This document shows, piece after piece, positions 55,729 through 64,000 of a stretch of 64,000 nt of DNA. The position numbers and the translations under genes are program-made. The notes under the pieces were generated by a model. It was not told the DNA's origin. It saw only the letters and a program-made list of their open reading frames with translations, and did not search any database. Origin of the DNA: Microthyrium microscopicum (taxonomy: Eukaryota); NCBI GenBank assembly GCA_010405405.1, contig MU004231.1:422153-486152 (forward strand). The letters are read 5' to 3'. The number at the start of each line of letters is the position of its first letter. Positions within the stretch are counted from its first letter, which is position 1.

Positions 55729-55862
55729 TTAGCCTCAGACCCTCCTGCGGAGGGAGCCCGCGGACGGGCAGGGTTAGGGTCTAAGAACTAAGATAAAACC
55801 AATGCAGGTTGGCAGGGCTAAGTGGAAACTCAGCCTTGTCGACAGCCTCATGCGTGGCACTA
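55729..55862. other. GC-rich multi-hairpin and candidate element terminus
   Basis: CCCTCC-tgc-GGAGGG (55740-55754) and GCCCG-cgga-CGGGC (55756-55769), enclosed by the imperfect inverted pair TTAGCCTCAGAC (55729) / GTCTAAGAACTAA (55779-55791). It lies ~150 bp upstream of the DUF6589 start, at the RIP boundary. Confidence 0.5.
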
Positions 55863-58800
55863 CAATCCTAACAAGTCGAGTATCGTTCACTTTTTAAAGG
55901 ATTGATATACATTGTCTAGAACAGTCTTAAGCAAAGAAATAATCAAAGATGACTTGTAAATTATCACATGCACATTACTGCGGTTTGACCTCACCGCATA
56001 GCGTCATTTTGTTGCCTGTTTGTGTGGGAAGCGGCCTATTGGCTTCTTTCGTGATGCCTTATGCCATGTCAAAATAACCTCGCCCTTTGTTGTCTCTTTC
56101 GATGTAAATGTCCCTTTTCGTCTACTACTTCCCCTGAAAAAGAAGTGTTTCTCACCCTCGTGAATACTGCGTGATGCACACTAGGTTTGGAGTGCATACA
56201 AGTATGTGCTTGATGTTACCATATCATCGTGAATGGCTGCGCCAAAATATGTCTTTGTCTAATTGACGCCTTCAGAGTCAAAAATCTCGAAGGCACTACG
56301 TGGCATAGTTGTCCCGAAGATTAGATTAGACTCATTTTCAATTCCAACTGGCTGGAATGTAGAGCATCGATATGTTATTGGAGGCCTTGCAATGCCGCAG
56401 TAATGAGCAAATGAGAGCACTGTAAAGCCTCGTGCTTAGCAAGGCGGTATGTCAGCAGATGGGCTTGCAGGTTACTTGCAAGTTGCAGGCGTGAAATCAA
56501 GGCTTAGAGCTCCGGAGTCTAGAGGCGTTGTTGGTAGATATCTCCATTTCCTTGATTCTGCATGGCAGATGCAAAACCGGTATTCAACACAGACCGCGAT
56601 CGCCTGTATGTAGTTTGCGCATATAACATATGATCCAGTAACGAACAGAGCTCAGCAGATACTTATTTATAACTCAAAGAAAATTGTAATTATTACTAGG
56701 GATGGACCATGACCTCTCAGTCTTCGACGTGGCGCTGCACCAGTGCAAGTTAAATTGATTGATGTGGACGGAATTCAAACGCTCTCGTGGCGCCAGATGC
56801 GATTTGGAATGTGATATCATCCTCTTTTCTTGTTTGAATACCAATATTGTGCATCTTTACGGTGACTGCTCCGACTCATACTGCTAAACTCGAAGATCTT
56901 GTCTGCTAGGGGGAAGGGAGCCAATTGTACCAATTGTTACCGTTTGGAAAGGCAGATTTGTTCTCCACGGAGACCATGCAGCGTTCCTAGACTAGAGAGT
57001 ATTGGAGGTTTTCTGACGATGTGCCGATTAAGGAGTGTCCAGGTACGAGCAGTCTCTAGACTGCTATGATTTGTGAAACCAAGCTGTCAAACAGGGAAGG
57101 TTGCGAAAAGGGAAGAGAAAAAGAAGCTCATTATCAACTAGGTTGGCTATAGGTGAAAGCCTATCACTATGACCAAGGATGATTGTGTCCACGTCAATTG
57201 CAGAAGATGGTATCCAAGGAACTGGTGCATATGCGGTCTGGGAATCTTGGTTCTGTCTCTTCTGTTCGGCAGATGCGCTAGTGACTCTCAACAACTTTCA
57301 TAACAGGCGTGAGGTTACCTGTGACCAATTAGTAAAAGATCCGACATAGAAACGGTCTAATAAATGAAAACGGATTCAATCCCAAGTCTTTGGGTCAGAT
57401 ATTGTACAGTGACAATACACGATGCTTTTCAAATGGTCACTCTAAGGATAAGGGGGACATCATGGGCGGTAGGGGAGGCCCGTCGGCTTTTTTTGCTACA
57501 ATATGTTGATCATGATATTTTCGGAAGTGGTTGCTCATTTGACGCATTTAGTTCATGACCTATACATTGTTAATTACAGAAGAGAACAAACCAAAACCAT
57601 TTGACCATTCAGAGTGTATTGAGGCTCATATCATATGCCACGAGAAAAATAAGCGTGAAATGCCCCGGAAGCAAAAGCCCATTTCAGTCTTCGTAAGGAG
57701 TACTGGAAAGATGAAGAAGAACATTGGCATGTTAGGACCATGGCTCTCATAGACATCTCGGTCATTATCGTGCCATTCTGTATTTCGACATGTAAGTATT
57801 TGCCCAAGAGTAGTTATTTTGATTGATATTTTCCATAGATAAGGAACGTCTTTTGAGACTCGATAGCGCGAACGAATCAGGTATTATTTTGGCGTTGATC
57901 GACCGGAGTAAAATATTTTACCTTTCGTTCAACGAGTCCAGGCCTGATATCGTACGAAGTAGAATAGCTGCAAGGTTGATTTTAGGCGTTGACGAATAGT
58001 TCTCCATTCCGTAAGTTACAGACCAGAAGTCTCAGCGGGATGACCGATGAATGCCACGCGTTGAAGTATACGATTGATTAACGGATTGTTTTGATGCGCG
58101 GGATGGGTAAAAAAGGGTCCGAAGCCCATGGCTTGTACTGGGTATAGCACAGCCTTGCTCGTGTGAGTGGAAGTTGCAGATGACAGTAAAATAAAATGTT
58201 GAAACAACCCGAAAAGGGAGAAATTGGCCGATCTTCTATATTCGGATCAAGGCGCTCCATGGCGTTGACAGTGTTGACAGTTTGGGGTAAAGGCGCCTTG
58301 AAGTAAAGGCTGCTTATTCTGGAATCTGCAACTATCTTGCGCCTTTTGACGCGCGCGTCATTCCATTGGCTCAACTTCATAACCAAATGCAACGAATAAC
58401 AGGACTACATGCGCCATTCATAGTGGCTTGAAAGGTGGGACATTGGGCTGTGAATACCCCGATGTTCGACGGTGTAACTCCTAGTGGGGCTTTGAATCAT
58501 TAATATTATCAAAAGATCGTTGGGATAGAGCTGTGAGTGCTGGGACAGCAAGGTGTCGCAGTCTGTATAATCTCAAAGAGGTAAGATATTCAGGATACCC
58601 AGCATGACCATGATGAGTTGTTGATGCCGAACAGTGTAACTGCACCCTGTCCTTGCGGAGAAAGGTAAGGAGATACCTTTTACCAAGGGCATGGGAGAGG
58701 CTCGAACACAACAGAACTAGGGTGACAATTCGCTGTAGACAATGTACAGTATTTCGTAGTAGTAGTGGTACCTTAGAAGGACTTACTCGTGGCAGTCGAT

Positions 58801-60066
58801 TTGATTCATCAGATCTCGGAACAGACGGAGGGTGGCAAAAGGGACAAGATCCGAGGACCTGTCGAAGCCGAGCAAATAAACTCTTTTTAGTTTCCTGGCG
58901 TCGCGGCGCGCTATGGTGAATGCTTCCCGGGACCCGACATGCGGTAAGCAGTTTGTCAATCAAAGCCACGCCGTTGAGTCTTGTGAGTCTTGACTCTTGA
59001 TCATCTTCTCAAAGCAGATACTCAAATCATAGATTTGACCCGGAGAAGAGCGTCTCGCGGTGTGTGGTTTTGCAGTCTTGCAGACAAGGCAGTTTCAGCG
59101 ATACCGCTTAATTGAATGGTCCAGGCAAGTGTCGACCAGATCAACTGAATGAATTCCTCATTGAGTATCGCATCTGGTCAGGCTTTCCAGGCTGATTCTA
59201 GCACGTCCTAGGGTCCTGAATTTAGATGCTCTCCAACGTCGAGGGAAATGGTGGCGTTGAAGACCGTGGGGACCATACCGTTCTAACCGTGTGCCTACTG
59301 CCTACCGTGCCTATTAGCAAGGCGGGTTGATGCAGCTCTGCAGGCTTTTATGGGATTCTGTCATTCTGACGTTGATGGTCGTTGGCTTAAAAGTTTTATT
59401 GCCGATTCAAAAGGCTGCAAACTACTCCGTACTTGACCTACGCTGAAAGCCACACTTCCAATCTTAGATCCTCGTTGCTGCACTGTACTGGCCCACTACC
59501 TTCTCTCAGTACCACCGTGCTGGATCGAAATATTTTACGCAACCTTTAAAAGACGGGCCTTCATTCGTGACGGACCGTCTCAAATACCCCTTAGCCGTTT
59601 CCAAAGCTAGATCGAGCGCGCTGCGACCGCAAGACTACTAGACTAGAGTGCATCCCGCTACATTCAGCGCTCAATTCTTATTACCTGGCAGATATTACAT
59701 ACCTTATGTACTGTACTGACTCCTGAGATCGATAAGATCATTGATCTTGTTCATTGATATCAACCCTCTGTACCTTCCTGTTCTTGGATTTATATACTTG
59801 GCTGCTCCTTCCCACATTCAATCCACCAACTCGGTTTCGAACATCGTTCCTTCCTCATTCTGTTTTGTTCTTGCACCTACCTACTAGTACCTATCCACCG
59901 GGCTCTCCACACCTTCTCCCCTCAACCCCATCAAAGATCTTGTTGTCCATTTTGTCCACTTTGCAAACCCTTTGTCCTTCTTTTTGACACACTTCCCCAC
60001 GTGATTATCTGTCCCTTTGGCAGCCTTGTGGTTGTCTGTGCGTACACTTTTGGTGGCAATTTCGCC

Positions 60067-60943
60067 ATGCCGAACAGCAGTACGAGCAACAGTCGCGGCG
60101 GCGGGGGAGATCGATCCAGCAGTGGTCGGACAACCAAAAAACGCATCAGTGATGAAGAGTGGGTGAGCCACAAGGAGGCTATTGAGCGCCTATACCTGGA
60201 TGAAGGCCGCGATGTGAGAGAAGTGCGCGATACCATGAAGCGAGACTACGGCTTCGAAGCACAGTAAGTTTCCAGCCTTTGACCACCTTTAGATGCCTAG
60301 CTCATCGATCCAAAGCGAAAAGGCATACAAGCGAAAGTTCGAGGAATGGGGCCTGATCAAGAATATTCCCAAAGACGAAGGCCTGTTCATGGTGAAGAAG
60401 CGCGAATCACGTCGAGGTGAAGAGGGCAAGGATACCATTTTCAAGCGACGTAGAAGACAAGACGGACCCCTTCAGCTGGTTCTCGACGAGAAAATCGACC
60501 GCATAGCTGATAGATATGCGCACGATCTCAACAGCTTCCCGGATGACCCAGGTTAGACACGAACTTGGTAGTCAGCCTGACTTTGCTAACCTCACCATGT
60601 AGCCACGCCAGACAACATCGAGTACGATACTCCTGATGCGACACCTGGGGACGAAAGACCTAGACCTGCTAGACCACCTACTAGTGCACCCTCACAATCG
60701 GTAGGGAATCCACATGATGGGCCTCCACAAGGCGCAGTTCCTCAGGGTCCGGGTGGGTGGGCCTTTCCAGCTATTGCAGTGCATCCTACTCCTTCTCAAC
60801 CACCAGCGGGTTACTTCATTGCTCCAGGACCAGGGACTCCTCACATAATTGCTCAAACCCAAGTTCATCCTCAGCAGCAACAGCAACAACAACAACCTCA
60901 GAATCAGAACTGGGAGGGCTGGGTACCACCACAATACTTCTGA
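60067..60943 (+). CDS. Clr5-domain protein, ~257 aa; exons 60067-60263, 60316-60551, 60603-60943
   Basis: Clr5 signature EEWVSHKEAIERLYLDEGRDVREVRDTMKRDYGFEAHEKAYKRKFEEWGLIKN. GT-AG introns with branch sites (GCTCAT, GCTAAC) keep the frame. Pro/Gln-rich C-terminus ending in TGA at 60941-60943. Confidence 0.92.
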
Positions 60944-63174
60944 CTAAATCCGGCGCCAGAGAACTTGTTGGACTGGAACGATTTCCCTACGAGCGACCTA
61001 GCCTGGAAGTTTGATGACATTAAATCTCATGGCGGCAAACAATGCTGTTACTCCTGACGGTGTCATCAAAACTGCCTGACTGGCCACTACACAGACTTGG
61101 TTCTGCTTCTAGGACTTTTTGGTACTTCGGAAGATCTCCTCACTCTCGTTGGAATATCTGAAATGAATCTTGACGGCAACACAAAAACAATTAGCCAGAT
61201 CCGGTATAGCGGCACTGCATAGAATTTTGGAGTCTGCATCGTGACGCATCTTCCATCGGCGGCTCTCTGGCATGGCGTACGGGGCATAAAGGATATACCA
61301 GGAATGTAAAGGTAACAGGAAGCATTGTAATTATCGAGGATATCCGCACCCGGACCTCATGGGATATAGGTTCTCTCGTTTTAGTGTTAAAGATATAATT
61401 TTCAGCTCATTATTGCTTATGATGCTTTTCCTGAGTGTCGACTAATTTGACATTTGCCTAGCTCTTTCTGACAGCTCATATTTCCAGGACAGCAACGCCG
61501 TGCGATGGGGTATTCAAACTCTTTGGAATCTGTGGTATTAGAGCATTGGAGAATGTTGGGTTTCTATTTGAGTACTAATTGACCCACTCAGCGGAATGAT
61601 ATCATCAGAGCGGTGACAAGAGGCATGGCTGCATGGAAAATACTAGAACTGAAGTCGGAGTAAACTCCGAAACATCCGATATATAAAAGGACCACCCACC
61701 ATTGTTTACTTTCGCACACAGGCTTGGACGACAAAATAGGGGTCGGGCTAAAGTGACCACTGCCTACGGCTTCTGTGGCTCGTCTTCAGCGGATCTGTAC
61801 AAAGCCTCGTCCCCAGCAAATAAGAAATGCTTGATCGAATAGCTGGTCAGCATAAGAGAATAAGCTTTTTAGCCTACATTGACCCGTCGAGGCTGTGGCT
61901 TGAAAGAAAGAAACACCCTTTGCACGAGCGAGAATCATGAATCAGAAATGCCGACAACAGCTCCTTTCAGGCAGCACATGAGAATATATTTAACCTTCTC
62001 CCTTCTCTGTGCGCGAAAACCAACATTCCAGGTGTCTATTTACTGGTGGAGTTATTTCCGACACTCCCTATAACAGGCTATAAGCTGAAAAAAGAGCGTC
62101 CCATACGAGAATATGTCAGATGGTGATCAACCAATTAAAGAAGCAGAGGGTGTCACTAAGGCTTATGGCAAGTGCCGTAGCTTGGGTCCAGAACACCACT
62201 TTGCGAAAAAAACACCTGGGGAACATGGTTGTTGTACGTTTAGAGCATCGCATGGGTTAAGGATTGCGCAATTTTGTCTACTTTGGCTTTGATATGTTCC
62301 CAGTAATCTGGAAACAAGCGAATTTGATCCCACAGTGCTGGCACAACGTGCATGATACCTTCAGTATGGCGTGAGTTATGTAGCATTTCGTTTGCAGGAC
62401 TTGCACGTTTAGAGTACTCTATTTTGAGACAATCATCAGACTATTGTTGTCTATTTGATAGCCACAAAGTGAATGGTTTACAGGTACGGTAGTAGACGAT
62501 AGCAGCAATAATGAAAAGGTTCCTACTTCATATGTTTCTACACGGTTCTCCTTGAGTTGCTCGATCGTTATGTCGTAGAGAGAACGATATTCTGGAGCTG
62601 TACCCGCTAATTGCCTTCATCGTGGCTTTGAATGAGACTCCGCAACTACTTCGCATACTCATTTGCCATAATCCAATTCTCAAAAATGGGCGGGTGGCAG
62701 CGACGGGCAGCGGCGGAAAGCGCAGTGATCTGATGCCATTTATCGATATACATTTTTGACCAATTAAATTGAATGCAAAGCTAATGCTGAAACGCCTGTG
62801 CTGGCTTACAGGTAGTGGTAGTAACTGCATTGTGCTGTCAAGATCCAGAGTACAGGGTCTCTCTTAGCTCGTTTATTAACGGCTGGTTCCTCATCTCAGC
62901 CCATTATCACGTCAAAGTAGTGACTACTGACTCCACCTCAGATACAATTAACTATCTGCTTATTGTATCACTTCTCGCGCCGTATATAGAACCAGCTGAT
63001 TACTTGTATCCTTTGGTCCCACAACATAATCCCAGTCCTACTCCAAATACTCCAGTTTCTTTGTCCGGCCTCCAACACTTCGTATATCGAGTACGTTCGT
63101 AGCCATCAAACGCGATCTGGAAATCCCAAACAATCCCAACTCCTCCCTCTCCACTCACACCATTCGGATTCGTA

Positions 63175-63454
63175 ATGTCAGTTTCCCGTTTGGTCGCCGC
63201 TGCGTCACGGCAATACAGCACCCACACATCTCACAACAGTGATCGCGTTGCTGGCGCAATAGGTTATGCAATGACAGGATATCTCGCTGGCGCATTTGTC
63301 CTACCTTTCGTACCGCCATATCTTGCATCTCGGAGAACGCAGCAGGATGGTAGCTTCCAAACACGGTAAGATATACACTGCCCTTTCAGGTTGAACGTCA
63401 ACTTAACTATCACCTAGGCCACCAATAACATACACCTACCGCCCAGTCTTTTAA
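63175..63454 (+). CDS. Probable 75-aa single-pass membrane protein with a mitochondrial-type presequence; exons 63175-63365 and 63418-63454
   Basis: MSVSRLVAAASRQYST N-terminus and hydrophobic VAGAIGYAMTGYLAGAFVLPFVP. A 52-nt intron GTAAGA..CTTAAC..CTAG gives ...QTRPPITYTYRPVF*. Pyrimidine-rich leader upstream. Confidence 0.6.
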
Positions 63455-64000
63455 ACATACTTAAAGCATACAATGGTTGCGGGACAATGAGCATGAAATT
63501 GGACGACCGGCGTTGGGTGGTACATCTGAGCATTTGCATTTTCGGGGCTTGAGAAACGAGACATTCAAGGAGCATATCTCTCACAGGCAAAATGAGAGTA
63601 CACCAGATACATCGGAAATTATTTTTGCTTTGTATTATCTGTGACAAGGTTAATTTAACTATCATACAAGAAAACTCGCCATCACAACATCCCGCGGCAA
63701 GCCACAGGACAACATAAAAACCATGGGTATCCTGCAATGACTTCAAAGCTCGCGCGCCAGTAAAAGCTATGCAGCACAAGTGAGCAAAAACGCCTGTCAA
63801 TGCCAGCTTCTTTTCTTCACGCAGTGCTCAATGCGAACGCAACCCAATTCCAACCCTTGAACACATTCATATATACCCATTCATACCCATTGGACTCGCA
63901 TTCCGTCGTTTGTAGAGCCATTTGTTGTTGAGCGCCACACTCACTGTCCGCTGAGGACCGTTCGGGCTCGGCGAAGCAGGGCCACCAAAGTCAGTAGCTT

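Noticed and set aside
55771..55780. Telomeric repeat GGGTTAGGGT
   Set aside because: Only about 1.5 units, embedded in the hairpin, with no array.
55858..55866. CACTACAA as the start of a CACTA element
   Set aside because: That orientation would put the element to the right, where the sequence is non-repetitive host-like DNA with no transposase.
57064..58969. Short ORFs of 63-162 aa on both strands
   Set aside because: They overlap, mostly begin at non-ATG starts, and show no recognisable domain or convincing spliced model.
59754..61014. ORFs 59754+, 59884-, 59931-, 60692- and 60757+
   Set aside because: UTR, antisense or off-frame shadows of the Clr5-domain gene.
61087..63800. Remaining short ORFs (61087-, 61879+, 62528-, 62815+, 63000-, 63155-, 63414-)
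   Set aside because: No domain similarity or coding-like features recognised; some are antisense to the small 63175 gene.

Overview
Filamentous-ascomycete DNA in two compartments. Positions 1 to ~55,690 are an extremely AT-rich block with the signature of repeat-induced point mutation (RIP: CpA/TpG nearly absent, TpA everywhere, no intact ORFs). From ~55,700 to 64,000 is ordinary-GC host sequence with a three-exon Clr5-domain gene (60067-60943) and a probable small two-exon mitochondrial membrane protein gene (63175-63454). Translating the RIP block by eye while allowing only C>T and G>A reversions recovers four fossil genes with ordered motifs: a SNF2-family helicase (minus, ~11.8-17.4 kb), a UPF1/DNA2-like SF1 helicase (plus, ~20-25.3 kb), a Plavaka transposase (plus, ~25.9-29.7 kb) and a DUF6589-family, DDE-like protein (minus, ~52.2-55.6 kb). 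The DUF6589 gene is the first gene inside the boundary and points inward, next to a GC-rich multi-hairpin. There are weaker kinase-like and Ulp1-like relics and many tandem or mosaic repeat arrays. I recognised no retrotransposon or tyrosine-recombinase relic. The working hypothesis is one end of a RIP-killed giant cargo-carrying DNA transposon (or a nest of two) that is not a Starship. All family calls in the RIP block come from manual motif recognition, gene boundaries there are approximate, and nothing was checked by database search.
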